Source of the DNA: Planctomycetota bacterium
Lineage (GTDB): Bacteria; Planctomycetota; JACQVV01
Assembly (NCBI GenBank): GCA_016209595.1
Contig: JACQVV010000510.1
Location: 852-64,851 of the forward strand
Reading direction: 5' to 3'
Length of the DNA stretch: 64,000 nt
Below the pieces are notes generated by a model. That model was not told the DNA's origin, searched no databases, and saw only the letters and a list, made by a program, of their open reading frames with translations. A program made the translations under genes and the position numbers. This document shows, piece by piece, positions 44,923 through 54,343 of the stretch (positions are counted from its first letter, which is position 1; the number at the start of each line of letters is the position of its first letter).

Positions 44923-46284
44923 TCACTCCTGGCGGACCCGGGCCAGCCGGTCGAGGACCGCCGGCACCCTCTCCTCCACCGCGGAGAGGTTCGTCGAGGC
45001 GATCTCGATGACGGCGCGCCCGCTGGCCATGGCGGCCGAGTAGATCCGCTGGTCGGAGCCGAAGAGCTGGACCCGGCGAAGTCTCGCGTATCCCTTCGCT
45101 CCCTCGGGAAGGACGAGTTCGGATCGGACGCTCTCCTTGAGGACCATCGCGGGGTTCGCGTCCCCGGCGATCTTCTCATCCTTGGCGCGGTCGAGTTCCT
45201 CTCCGGCCGCGAGCATCGCGGTGGCGGCCTGGGGGGAGTCGAAGAGAACCGCGACAACGGTCACGCGTTCGAGCAGCGGGCTCGCTTTCGACGCGAGCTC
45301 GAGCTGCCGCCCCCGCACGAAGCCCGCGACGAGGGGGCGGCGCGTCTCCTCGGGAAGGTCCGACAGGCCCAGCGCGAGGTCCCGGGCTCCGAGGTCGGCC
45401 CGGGAAGGATCCCATCCTTCGCTGCCAAGCTCCGTCGCCACGAGGTCGAGGAACGCCTCGAGATCGGGGCCGTCCGAACCCTGCGGTCCGTCCTCGAAGT
45501 AGCGCGCCGGGGCGAGGATCTGGCCCGTCGTTGTCGGGGGGCCCCGGAAGACCCCTTCGAGCGCGGCGCGCCCCTTGTGCTCGACGACCCAGTCCACGAA
45601 GGCCCTCCCCTCGACATAGGGGAAGACCACCTCCCGCACCAGGGCTTCATGCAGGATCGCTGGAAGCGGCGAGGCGGGGTCCACTTCCCGGATCAACGCC
45701 TCGCGCTTCTCGAAGAGATCCAGGACGTCTCGCCGGCGGGCGAGCTCCCGCTCGACGTTCATCGCGTGTCCCTCGACGAGCGCCTGGAGGGCAAGGAGCG
45801 CGTCCCTTTCGGTCGCCCGCCGCAAGGCTCCGGCGAGGTCGAAGGCGAGGTCGTCGAGGGCGTGGACCTCTTCGTGGCCGAAGAGCAGGAAAAGGTAGTC
45901 GCCCTCCTGCCCCGGGGGGAAGCCGGCCTTCGCGTACCCCGCCTCCACGTTTTCCCGGCAGAAGTAGATCTTCTTCTCGGCGTACGAGTACTTGGCGGCC
46001 GTCGTCTCGGCTTCGATCGAAAGGATGGTCCGGTCGAGCTCTCCTTCCGCTGGCTGGCCAGCGCTCCCCCTGTCCCGGGCGAGGACCTCGCGGAGCTCTT
46101 CGCGGCCGATGGAGAGGACCTCAGGTGCGGCGAGAAAGGTCCGGCCGACGATTCCTTCGACGAGGGGGCAGGCCTCCGAAGCGGCGCGGGCCACGGCCTG
46201 GGGGGCGAAGGGCGCCGTGTCTTCCTGGGCCCATGACGGCGCGAGAACGGTCGCGAGGAGGCCGAGGAGGGCGAGCGGACGCAT
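44923..46284 (-). CDS. Secreted HExxH protein (putative metallopeptidase-like)
   Basis: Signal peptide MRPLALLGLLATVLAPSWAQ, then FGHEEVHALDD followed by LVEGHA. The family is not recognised beyond the motif. Confidence 0.55.
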   Translation of the reverse strand: MRPLALLGLLATVLAPSWAQEDTAPFAPQAVARAASEACPLVEGIVGRTFLAAPEVLSIGREELREVLARDRGSAGQPAEGELDRTILSIEAETTAAKYSYAEKKIYFCRENVEAGYAKAGFPPGQEGDYLFLLFGHEEVHALDDLAFDLAGALRRATERDALLALQALVEGHAMNVERELARRRDVLDLFEKREALIREVDPASPLPAILHEALVREVVFPYVEGRAFVDWVVEHKGRAALEGVFRGPPTTTGQILAPARYFEDGPQGSDGPDLEAFLDLVATELGSEGWDPSRADLGARDLALGLSDLPEETRRPLVAGFVRGRQLELASKASPLLERVTVVAVLFDSPQAATAMLAAGEELDRAKDEKIAGDANPAMVLKESVRSELVLPEGAKGYARLRRVQLFGSDQRIYSAAMASGRAVIEIASTNLSAVEERVPAVLDRLARVRQE

Positions 46285-46313
46285 GGTCAGCCCCCGGAGT
46301 CGAAGAGGAGACG

Positions 46314-46973
46314 CTACGGCAGGAACCGCTGGACGTGCGTGCGGATCTGCTCCTCTTCGACCTCGTTGAGGAGGCTGATCTCGATCAGGGTCTCGAGGAG
46401 CGATTTCGTACCCGAGTGGTTCCAGTGGTGGAGGAGCGCGTCGAACATCTGGGAGCGCCCGACGTAGCCGAGCTGGAAGGCAAGTCGGCCCTGTGTGAGG
46501 TTTCCCTTGTCCTCTACGAGCGTCTCGCAGTAGCCCGTCATGTGCATGAGCGGATCCACGACCGTGCGGTCGATCTCCTCGATCGACTTCGCGACGTTCT
46601 CATCAAGCCAGGTCTCCTCAACGAGCGCGCTCTTCGGCCACGGCGTGTTGTCCGGCGCCGTGGGAGCGAGCTCGAGGGCGCGCTTGAGAACCGAGTCCAC
46701 CGCGGAGCGTTCGATGAGTTTCTCCCGCACGACGTACTCCGCGAACACCTTGTCGTTCTCGGAGCGGTTGGTCGTGCGATGGTGGTGGAGAATCTCCTTG
46801 TGCTTGGCCGCGTCGATCAGGCTGTTCTCGATGTACAGCTGCCCGATCGGGACCCAGCGCCCGCGAGAAAGGAGCGAGTCCTGAAGCTGGTTGATACGCA
46901 GGATCTCTTCCTCGGAGACGCTCGTCGTCTGCCGGACGATCTTGCCGTACAGAATCGTGGATTTCAGGGGCAT
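46314..46973 (-). CDS. Hypothetical protein with repeated T2SSE_N/MshEN-like helical motifs
   Basis: Visibly less GC-rich and richer in Lys/Asn/His/Ile than its neighbours. Repeated segments of the type IGQLYIENSLIDAAKHKEIL, FAEYVVREKLIERSAVDSVL and LETLIEISLLNEVEEEQI. Confidence 0.5.
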   Translation of the reverse strand: MPLKSTILYGKIVRQTTSVSEEEILRINQLQDSLLSRGRWVPIGQLYIENSLIDAAKHKEILHHHRTTNRSENDKVFAEYVVREKLIERSAVDSVLKRALELAPTAPDNTPWPKSALVEETWLDENVAKSIEEIDRTVVDPLMHMTGYCETLVEDKGNLTQGRLAFQLGYVGRSQMFDALLHHWNHSGTKSLLETLIEISLLNEVEEEQIRTHVQRFLP

Positions 46974-47018
46974 AGCGGCGGCATTGTAAGTCGGGGGGAA
47001 GGCCCTGGCAAGTGGCTA

Positions 47019-48791
47019 TCAGCGCCCTTTCGCCAGCGCCTCGCGCGCTTTCTTCGCGTACTCCGTGTCGCCGTACTCGTCCACGACCTTCTGGAAGTAC
47101 TCGCGCGCCTTCGCCTCGTTGCCGTTCGCGCGCGAGTTCGTCCCCAGCGTGAAGAGCCTGCGTGCATCTTCGATTCGCCGGGCAGCCGCGACCCTCGCCT
47201 GCGCCTGGGGATCGGAGTCGATGGCCGCGAGCCGCTCCGCGGCCTGGCCGGCGAAGCGCGAGAGCGAGTGCCGCTTGACGAGGGTCTCGTACTTGCCGCG
47301 CGCCTCGAGGAGTTCGCCCTTCTTCTCGCATTCCTGGGCGCGCACCCAGACGCTCTGGGCCTCGGCGTCGGCGCGGGCCCGCGCGCCCGCGGCGAGCCGC
47401 GATGCCTCCTCTCCGAAAGATGTTCCCTCCCAGGCCCGGGCGAAGCCCTCGACCGCCGCGAGCGCCTGGGGCGTCCCGTCCCTTCGGAACGAGGCCGCGA
47501 GGCGATCGAGCTCTTCTCGCGCTCGAAGTTCGATCGCGGCTCTCGCTTCGTCGGCCCGCGTGCCCGCGGGGAGGTCGAGAGCAAGCTCGGCGAGCTCGTT
47601 CGCCTTGCGCCAGGCCTCGGCGAGACGGCCGGCCGCTTCCGCCGCGGCGCGCTCGGTCTCCAGGCTCTCCAGCTGGCGGCGGTTCCTCGCTTGTTCCTCC
47701 TTCCCTCCCGCGGCGAACGGAGCGTAGAGCGGGTCGCCCAGCACGATCGCCTGCCAGGAGAGGCAGCGGTCCGCCATCGCGAAGCTCTCGCCCAGCGTGT
47801 ATCCCGAGAGCAGCCGGTCGTAGGCAATGACCGAGATCGGGAAGCCGAGGGTGAGGGGCTCGTAAACGGTGCCGCAGGTCGCCGTCGCGCCGTGGGCGAG
47901 GAGCGGCCCGACCCAGCACTCCTTGTCCGTGCGCACGACGCCGGCTGCGAACGAGTGGAGGTGGACGGCGACGGCGCCCGGCGGGAACCGGAACTCCGGC
48001 TTCTTGAAATTGTAGGTCCCCGTGTACCAGCCGTCGTAGAGGACGACGTCGTCGAACTCGGAGAGGTCGAGAACCTCCGGCTTGTCGTCGTGGTGGAAGG
48101 GGAAGCCGTGCCTCTCCAGAACCTTGAGCGTCCCCTTCATCTCGTCGTCGCGCGCCTTGTAGCCGTCCGGGTTGGTGAGGCCGCGCGTGTCGATGTAAGC
48201 CTTGCCGGAGAGCCCGAAGCGTTCTCCGAGCAGCGCAAGGTTGACGAGCCCCTTCGCAACCTGCGCCGACGGCCCGTCGAGGCGCCCGAAGACGAGGCGC
48301 TTCACGCCGGCCGAGATCGGCTCGTCGCGGCCGTAGTACGGGTTCTCGACGAGCCCCTTCGTCTCCCAGGTTCCGCGGGGCAGGAGCGCGAGCTCCTGGT
48401 CCACCGCCGCGAAATCCCGCCCGCCGATGAAGCCCTCCCCGACTCCCTTGTCGTCAGAGCCGTCGGTCTCGGCGATCTTCACCGGGACGCCCCATGTCGT
48501 GACGAGGAACAGGACTTCGCGGTGAGCCTCGTAGAACGCCCGGACCGGCGCGAGGATCTCCCGGTCGAAGACCTCCCGCGAGATCTCCTCCTTCTCGGAG
48601 GTCGAGACCGAAACGATCATCGACTCCGGGATCCCCCGCCGCGACGCGTAGTGCCTGCCGATCTCGACCGACTCCGGCACCCGGTCGTTCACGACGACCA
48701 TGACCTGCCGCGTCACATCGACCTGGAACGGAACGTCTCCGGCAAGAGCCGGACCGGCGGAAAAGAGAACCGCGAGGAAGAGCCCATCCAT
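47019..48791 (-). CDS. TIGR03790-like secreted protein with C-terminal TPR region
   Basis: ATG at 48791 gives MDGLFLAVLFSAGPALAGD. VVVNDRVPESVEIGRHYASRRGIP, FGRLDGP, DGWYTG, VAVHLHSFAA, TCGTVYEPL and LGDPLYAPF. The family name is from memory. Confidence 0.65.
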   Translation of the reverse strand: MDGLFLAVLFSAGPALAGDVPFQVDVTRQVMVVVNDRVPESVEIGRHYASRRGIPESMIVSVSTSEKEEISREVFDREILAPVRAFYEAHREVLFLVTTWGVPVKIAETDGSDDKGVGEGFIGGRDFAAVDQELALLPRGTWETKGLVENPYYGRDEPISAGVKRLVFGRLDGPSAQVAKGLVNLALLGERFGLSGKAYIDTRGLTNPDGYKARDDEMKGTLKVLERHGFPFHHDDKPEVLDLSEFDDVVLYDGWYTGTYNFKKPEFRFPPGAVAVHLHSFAAGVVRTDKECWVGPLLAHGATATCGTVYEPLTLGFPISVIAYDRLLSGYTLGESFAMADRCLSWQAIVLGDPLYAPFAAGGKEEQARNRRQLESLETERAAAEAAGRLAEAWRKANELAELALDLPAGTRADEARAAIELRAREELDRLAASFRRDGTPQALAAVEGFARAWEGTSFGEEASRLAAGARARADAEAQSVWVRAQECEKKGELLEARGKYETLVKRHSLSRFAGQAAERLAAIDSDPQAQARVAAARRIEDARRLFTLGTNSRANGNEAKAREYFQKVVDEYGDTEYAKKAREALAKGR

Positions 48792-48829
48792 AAACCCGGA
48801 CCGAGCCCGGCGGAGCGCCGGCGGCCCGG

Positions 48830-49984
48830 CTACGAGGCGCGAGCCCCCCTCGCTTCGCTCGGGGTAAACTTCACCAGCCAGCTTGCCCCGAGCGAAGCGC
48901 GGGGAAGCAGACGGGCCGTCGCCGCCCGCCCGGCGACGGGAGGGTTTCTGGATGGGCTCCAAGACCAACCCGCGAGGCATGCTGGGCTCCTGACCGTTTC
49001 AGGGCCCCCATGATACCCGCTTCGCTTCACTCCTCGAAATTCGTCCGCGAGGTTGCGGCCGTCCTCGCGCGGCTCGGCCACGAGGTCCCAGAGGCGTATC
49101 TGGGAGCGCCGGATGATCGCGAGCGCCTTCCCGCTCTCGTCGCGGTCGAGCTCGAGCATGTGCGCGAGGGCCGAGAAATCCTCCACCACCGGCGGGATGT
49201 GCGGGCCCTCGTGCTCACCCGTCCCTTTCCCGCAGGTCTCGCACGTGGGCGCCCGGAGGTCCTCGTCGATCGGGTCGGGCGGGGCGACTCCCGCCCTCGC
49301 GAGGTTTTCCATCTTGGCCTGGAGGAGAGGCACGATCGCCGGGTTGAGCAGGTAATGCGCCGGCCGCGGGAAGAGATCCACGCGCCACTCCCGCACGGTC
49401 GCGAGCTGCTTTTCCATCTCTTGCATCTTCCCGATGGGCCGGAAGAGCTCCGCCAGAAGATCTCCGAGAGAGGTCTCGAAGTCCTCGTCGCTCATCGCGC
49501 GCACGCGGAGGAACAGGGCCTTCGCGCGGGTCGTCTCGCTCGCCACGACATCGTCGGGCAACTCGCCAAGCCAGTCCCTCAGGGTCCACAGGACGAGGCG
49601 CGTCAGGCCGGCGGCGACCTGCTCCGCGTCGCGAGACGACAGCATGCGGGCGATCCGCAGCCACTCCTCGCCCGGGCCGTTGCCCGAGGCGGCCTCTCCC
49701 GCGCGAACGGGATCCCGTAGATCGTCCGGCGGGATCACACAGGGCGAAAACGTCTCCGCGACGCGCCACTGCGCCGGCGCGAGGACGGCCTTGAGTTCCT
49801 CCGCGAGCTCGGCGAGCCTGGGCATCGCGTTCTCCGGGAGCCTGCCGGCGGCAGGGGGAGCCGGGTGGAGCTCTTCTTCGACTTCCTGGGGGATCTCGCC
49901 GGTGGCGATATCGAGGCGCTCCTTCACCCGTTCGAGGGCCCGGTGGTGCCTGCGAAAGGCCGCGTCCTGGGTCCGGAGCGCCAC
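48830..49984 (-). CDS. Hypothetical protein
   Basis: 384-aa ORF with mostly ordinary composition. No motif recognised, and the last ~50 residues look like run-on. Confidence 0.45.
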   Translation of the reverse strand: MALRTQDAAFRRHHRALERVKERLDIATGEIPQEVEEELHPAPPAAGRLPENAMPRLAELAEELKAVLAPAQWRVAETFSPCVIPPDDLRDPVRAGEAASGNGPGEEWLRIARMLSSRDAEQVAAGLTRLVLWTLRDWLGELPDDVVASETTRAKALFLRVRAMSDEDFETSLGDLLAELFRPIGKMQEMEKQLATVREWRVDLFPRPAHYLLNPAIVPLLQAKMENLARAGVAPPDPIDEDLRAPTCETCGKGTGEHEGPHIPPVVEDFSALAHMLELDRDESGKALAIIRRSQIRLWDLVAEPREDGRNLADEFRGVKRSGYHGGPETVRSPACLAGWSWSPSRNPPVAGRAATARLLPRASLGASWLVKFTPSEARGARAS

Positions 49985-49993
49985 CTTTGGAGA

Positions 49994-50230
49994 CTAGAGG
50001 CCGCCCCCGAGCCCGCCGAAGTTGTTGATTGCGAACGTCCCGATCAGGTGGACTGCGGTGGGCCCGCCGAACCCGATGCCGAGGCCCTTGGCGACGTTCA
50101 TGGCCGCCTCCCCGCCGTCGCGCTGGCCGAAGGCGATCTTCATTCCAGCCATGGACGACGGGATTGTCGAGAGGGCGGTCACAACACGCGAGATGTCGCG
50201 AGCGGTATCGTATCCGTAGGTTTCTTCCAT
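49994..50230 (-). CDS. Small Gly-rich hypothetical protein
   Basis: MEETYGYDTARDI...GLGIGFGGPTAVHLIGTFAINNFGGLGGGL; 78 aa from the internal ATG at 50230. Confidence 0.35.
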   Translation of the reverse strand: MEETYGYDTARDISRVVTALSTIPSSMAGMKIAFGQRDGGEAAMNVAKGLGIGFGGPTAVHLIGTFAINNFGGLGGGL

Positions 50231-50374
50231 GGGTCGAGCTCCGATGACGTGGTGGGAGCGCGACACGTTAGCAAACCGCGCGCCGCTGCCCGCTCAAGTC
50301 GCGAAATACACAACGTGGTCGCTGGTAAACACCTACGAACGCGCGAGCCAAGACATCGGAAGCGAGGAAGTGTC

Positions 50375-50959
50375 ATGGAACGATCATTTCTTGCGCGAAT
50401 TCGATCGAGGGCAATCGCGAACCGCTCGGCCGTGAGCAAGTCGAGGCGGCCCGACCGCGCACGAGAAGCACCGCCCAGCGGGCTCGCAGAGAGTTCCTTC
50501 GGAGAGAATGCCTTGCGACGACGCCTCCCCTTGTCCGTCGTCCTTCTTCTCGCGGGGTGCGCGGGCTCTGTCCCGCCGCCGGAAACCGATCGGCCCTTCG
50601 CCAACCGGATCGATGACCTCGCGGGAGAGCCGATCCCAGAGGGCGAAGCCTTCAGCGTGCACACGATCTTCTCTGCCCCCGCGCTCTCAGCCCACCTCAC
50701 GCGGATCCGGGCAGGGGCGGCCCTCGCTCCTCACTTCCACGAGAGCCATGACGAGACGGTCTACGTGCTCTCGGGGTCGGGCGACATGCGCATCGAAGAC
50801 ACGACCTGGCGGGTGGAGCCCGGGACCGTGATCCACATCCCGCGCGGAACCGTCCACTCGGTCGAGGCGGACGAAGGGGGGGAGCTCAGGGGATACGCGA
50901 TCTTCACGCCAGCCTTCGACGGCAGGGACAGACAGTTCGTGAAGCCGGAGGGACCTTGA
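50375..50959 (+). CDS. Cupin-domain lipoprotein
   Basis: The cupin motifs are LAPHFHESHDETVYVLSG and GTVIHIPRGTVHSVEA. The lipobox is LSVVLLLAGC. The true start may be the TTG near 50511 just before RRRLPLSVVLLLAGC. Confidence 0.7.
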   Translation: MERSFLARIRSRAIANRSAVSKSRRPDRAREAPPSGLAESSFGENALRRRLPLSVVLLLAGCAGSVPPPETDRPFANRIDDLAGEPIPEGEAFSVHTIFSAPALSAHLTRIRAGAALAPHFHESHDETVYVLSGSGDMRIEDTTWRVEPGTVIHIPRGTVHSVEADEGGELRGYAIFTPAFDGRDRQFVKPEGP

Positions 50960-51215
50960 ACCGGCTGGAGTTTCAGGAGATCTCTCCGCCTGGGGCACAC
51001 CCGCGAGCGAAGAGGTCGAGGCTTACGGCCACCCGATCTACTACCTGGAGACCTTCGTCGATCCCGCCCGGTACCGGGGAACCTGCTACCGGGCCGCCAA
51101 CTGGATCGTCCTTGGACGGAGCGGTCCAGGGATCGAGGTTCACTCCTGCCGGCACATCTGGACGACCTCGTCGGACCACCGGCCGGTCTTCCGCGAGTTC
51201 TCCCTGGCGGAGTGA
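50958..51215 (+). pseudogene. Remnant of a DUF4338-like gene (C-terminal block only)
   Basis: My own translation gives ..EEVEAYGHPIYYLETFVDPARYRGTCYRAANWIVLGRSG.., matching the ETFVDPxRFxGTCYRAANWxxxG signature I recall for DUF4338. There is no start, the N-terminal two thirds are absent, and the sequence after GRSG diverges. Confidence 0.45.
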
Positions 51216-51307
51216 CAGAGCGGTCAGGTCGCCTATCCTACGTGGAAGGTGCTCCTGCCGGAGACGTTTTCCTTCTCCCCAAGACCTCCCGCCTGGAGGG
51301 CCGCCCC

Positions 51308-52543
51308 CTACCTCTGCCGGGCCAACCGCCGCCCGCGCGGACGGGACCCGCGCCCGCCGTCCCGGAACCGCGCTGCGGGAATGGTATTTCGCGCGGGAGT
51401 TCCCCCCGAGGCCACGCGAGGCGTGGGGGCGCCGATCACGCGAAGGGGATGGCGCGTCAGGCGCTCGATCGCCGCGAGCAGGGGCCGCTCGGTAGAGTCG
51501 CAGAAGGACAGGGCGGCGCCGGTCGTCTCGGCCCGGCCGGTCCGGCCGATGCGGTGGATGTACATCTCCGGTTCGTGAGGCAGGTCGTAGTTCACGATGT
51601 GCGAGATCCCATCCACGTCGAGCCCGCGGGCGGCAAGGTCCGTGGCGACCAGGACGCGCAGGTCGCCGCGGCGGAAGTCCTCCAGGCTTCTCCCTCGCGC
51701 GCCCTGGGACTTGTTGCCGTGGATGGCCTGGGCGCGGATCCGCGAGCGCCCCAGGAGCTTCACAACCCGATCGGCACCGCGCTTGGTGCGGGTGAAGACG
51801 AGGACCCGGCGCGCGTCGGGTCCTTCCAGCACCCGGACGAGGAGGTCCGGTTTCTCAGGCCTCTCGACGAAGTGGACCGACTGGTCGATCAGGCGGGAGG
51901 CGGGGGTCACGGGGGCCACGCGAACCTGCACCGGGTCGCGGAGGAACTGCTCGGCGAGCCGCCGGATCTCTTCCGGTATGGTCGCCGAGAAGAGGAGCGT
52001 CTGGCGGTTCCGGGTGAGCCGGCCGAGGATGCGCCGGACGTCGGGAAGGAAACCCATGTCGAGCATCCGGTCCACCTCGTCCAGGACCAGGATCTTGACC
52101 GAGTCGAGTCGCGCGAGGCCCTGGCCCAGGAGGTCGAGGAGCCGGCCCGGCGTGGCGACCAGGACGTCCACGCCCTCGGCGAGCGCGCGGACCTGCGGGC
52201 GCTGGCTCACGCCCCCGTGCACCACGGCGACCGAGAGTCCTGTCCCGCGGCCGTAGACTTCGAAACTCTCGCCCACCTGGAGCGCGAGTTCGCGCGTCGG
52301 CGCGAGGACGAGGCAGCGGAGCGTTCCCCGCTCCCGCGCACGCTCGGCCGCGGCGAGTCGCTGGAGGATGGGCAGAGCGAATGCCGCCGTCTTCCCGGTT
52401 CCGGTCTGGGCGCAGGCGACGAGGTCGTCGCCCGCGAGCGCCCGGGGGATCGCTTCGGCCTGGATGGGAGTGGGGAGGGAGTAGCCCTCCGAGCGGACGG
52501 CCGCCAGGAGGGAGGGGACGAGTCCAAGGTCTTCGAAGCGCAT
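51308..52543 (-). CDS. DEAD-box ATP-dependent RNA helicase (RhlE-like)
   Basis: ATG at 52543. Q motif FEDLGL..PTPIQ, AQTGTGKT, PTRELA, DEVD, SAT and HRIGRTGR, with an Arg-rich C-terminal tail. Confidence 0.9.
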   Translation of the reverse strand: MRFEDLGLVPSLLAAVRSEGYSLPTPIQAEAIPRALAGDDLVACAQTGTGKTAAFALPILQRLAAAERARERGTLRCLVLAPTRELALQVGESFEVYGRGTGLSVAVVHGGVSQRPQVRALAEGVDVLVATPGRLLDLLGQGLARLDSVKILVLDEVDRMLDMGFLPDVRRILGRLTRNRQTLLFSATIPEEIRRLAEQFLRDPVQVRVAPVTPASRLIDQSVHFVERPEKPDLLVRVLEGPDARRVLVFTRTKRGADRVVKLLGRSRIRAQAIHGNKSQGARGRSLEDFRRGDLRVLVATDLAARGLDVDGISHIVNYDLPHEPEMYIHRIGRTGRAETTGAALSFCDSTERPLLAAIERLTRHPLRVIGAPTPRVASGGTPARNTIPAARFRDGGRGSRPRGRRLARQR

Positions 52544-52789
52544 GTGTCCTTCGGGATTCCGTTCTTGGGGAAGAGAGAGAGTCGACATGCTCCCTCCTGC
52601 CGGCGGACGGCACCTTGCGCGGAGAAACGGCCGCGATCGGACCGGTGCGAGATTCGCTGGCGGGCTGTCCCAGACGCTTCGGGAGCCGGCCCGTGGGCCG
52701 GCGTGCGTGAGCGACCCCGGACGTGAAAGCGGCGGGATCTTACGACATCGCGCCCCACAAGCGAGAAAAGATCCGAAAAACCCAGTTTC

Positions 52790-53239
52790 GGCCCCGAGTG
52801 TCAGCCACGCGAGCTCCCGGGGTGGCACAAGGCCGGTTGTCCGCGCGATCGGAGCCCGTTCCAGGAAGAGGTCCCACTCGTGATCGCCGTGCCGCCTGGC
52901 TGGCGGCACCCCTCCGCGAGGGAGCGCGCTCGTCGTTTGCAGGAGCTCGTCCAGGCCCGCGAGGAGGAGTTCCGGAAAGCGCGAAAGGCGGCGGGGATCC
53001 GAGTTCTCGGCGTCCGGGCGATCCACGCCGCGCGTCACACCGATCGGCCTCGCCACATCGACAAGAGCCCGAGGCCGCTCTGCCACGCCTCGACCAGGGC
53101 GCTCTGGCTGGAGTACCGCGACGCCCGCCAGCGCTTCGTCTACCTCTACCGGATTGCGTCCGAGAAGTACCGCTCGGGGGAGAGTCACGTACAGTTCCCG
53201 GAGGGGAGCTTCCCGCACTGGTTACGCAAGGCGGGGTGA
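52790..53239 (+). pseudogene. C-terminal remnant of a Y1 (IS200-like / REP-associated RAYT-like) transposase-family gene
   Basis: ..ARERARRLQELVQAREEEFRKARKAAGIRVLGVRAI...SPRPLCHASTRALWLEYRDARQRFVYLYRIASEKYRSGESHVQFPEGSFPHWL matches the C-terminal region of a widespread 'transposase' family (..SPxPLxHAS..FRxAYRxFV..FPxGxFPP). The catalytic N-terminal domain is absent. Confidence 0.5.
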
Positions 53240-53509
53240 TGCCCGCGGGGACCCGGTAGCCGTGACCCTTCGCTGCGCTCAGGGCAAGCTGGGTCCGGCG
53301 CGAGAGCGCCGGCAGCCGCGGCATGGATTGGGGGTCCCCTCCTACGCTCCGGAGGGCCTCTTCGATGCCTTCGGGAACGTCGTAGATGCCTCCAAGAACC
53401 TCCACGCGACCGTCCATCTCACCCCCGCGGTGACCGTCGTTCGGCGATGGGTGATACCCGATGGCGGCCTGCCGGCGATCGGGACGGCCCCGGCCTCTTG
53501 ATGGGGGCA

Positions 53510-53779
53510 TCAGCGGTAAACGTCTCTCCGGTGGCCTATCCTCACGACGAGAACGAGGAGCCGGTCGTCCTCGACCGCGTAGACCACGCGGTACTCCCCG
53601 GCCCGAACGCGATAGAGGGTCTCCGCGCCAGAAAGCTTCCTCGCGCCGGCCGGGCGGGGGTCCTCAGTGAGGGCGTCGATTCGCGGCCGGAGCCGTCGCT
53701 GAACGTCGCGCGGGAGCGCGCGAAGCGCCCGCAGGGCGGCCGGGGCGAACTCGACCCGGTAGCGCCGGACTTTCGCCAT
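53510..53779 (-). CDS. RelE/ParE family toxin
   Basis: YRVEFAPAALRALRALPRDVQRRL...LSGAETLYRVRAGEYRVVYAVEDDRLLVLVVRIGHRRDVY. Confidence 0.85.
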   Translation of the reverse strand: MAKVRRYRVEFAPAALRALRALPRDVQRRLRPRIDALTEDPRPAGARKLSGAETLYRVRAGEYRVVYAVEDDRLLVLVVRIGHRRDVYR

Positions 53780-54037
53780 CTAGAGCGCCAGCTCGGCCTT
53801 GATGTCCTCCCACCGGACCGTGCCCCTTTTGCGCGCCTCGGCCAGCGCCTTCCGGGCGGCCCGCACGTCATCCCGGTCCTCCATCTCTTCCAGGAGGGCC
53901 AGGTCCTCGACGGGCACCAGCGCCGCGACGGCCTTCCCGCGCCGGACGAGGACGAACCGCTCCTCGCCGTAGGCGACCGCGTTCAAGGTGTCCGCGAACT
54001 CCGACCGCGCCTTGCTCGCCTCGATGGTCCTTGCCAT
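53780..54037 (-). CDS. Phd/YefM family antitoxin
   Basis: IEASKARSEFADTLNAVAYGEERFVLVRRGKAVAALVPVEDLALLEEME. It lies directly adjacent to the toxin start. Confidence 0.85.
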   Translation of the reverse strand: MARTIEASKARSEFADTLNAVAYGEERFVLVRRGKAVAALVPVEDLALLEEMEDRDDVRAARKALAEARKRGTVRWEDIKAELAL

Positions 54038-54343
54038 GCTGGCCTCCTTACGCGTACGTGCGGAACGACTCGTACTTAGTGTACCCGAAGGCTCGCGCCG
54101 GGGGCCAGAGGTTCCGGCACGGTTGCGGGAACCCCTCGCGAGCCTACGCCGTCGCCTCGCCGACCACGCGGAACGCCTCCCTGGCCCTCGCGCGTTCGAT
54201 CGCCCGCTCGATGAACGGCGGTGAGGCCGGCGGCATGGCAGACTCGCTCAGCTTCCAGAAACTGCGTGATAGCCACTGTTTCCGGTCGGTCGCCGCAGGG
54301 CCGGCAGAGTTTCCCGGGTAATCATCAACCGCGAAACCCCAGC

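Noticed and set aside
53240-53509. Possible small gene downstream of RelE (part of minus ORF 52740..53510, e.g. MDGRVEVLGGIYDVPEGIEEALRS..).
   Set aside because: No family motif is present and the ORF runs on into the antisense of the transposase remnant. It has no RBS-like sequence and the other frames are closed, so I treat it as intergenic.
54100-54343. Short minus-strand ORF end (..MPPASPPFIERAIERARAREAFRVVGEATA) as a remnant of another TA or regulatory gene.
   Set aside because: Only ~30 plausible codons are present, with no recognisable motif. It belongs to a long Arg/Pro-rich shadow ORF (54144..54629).
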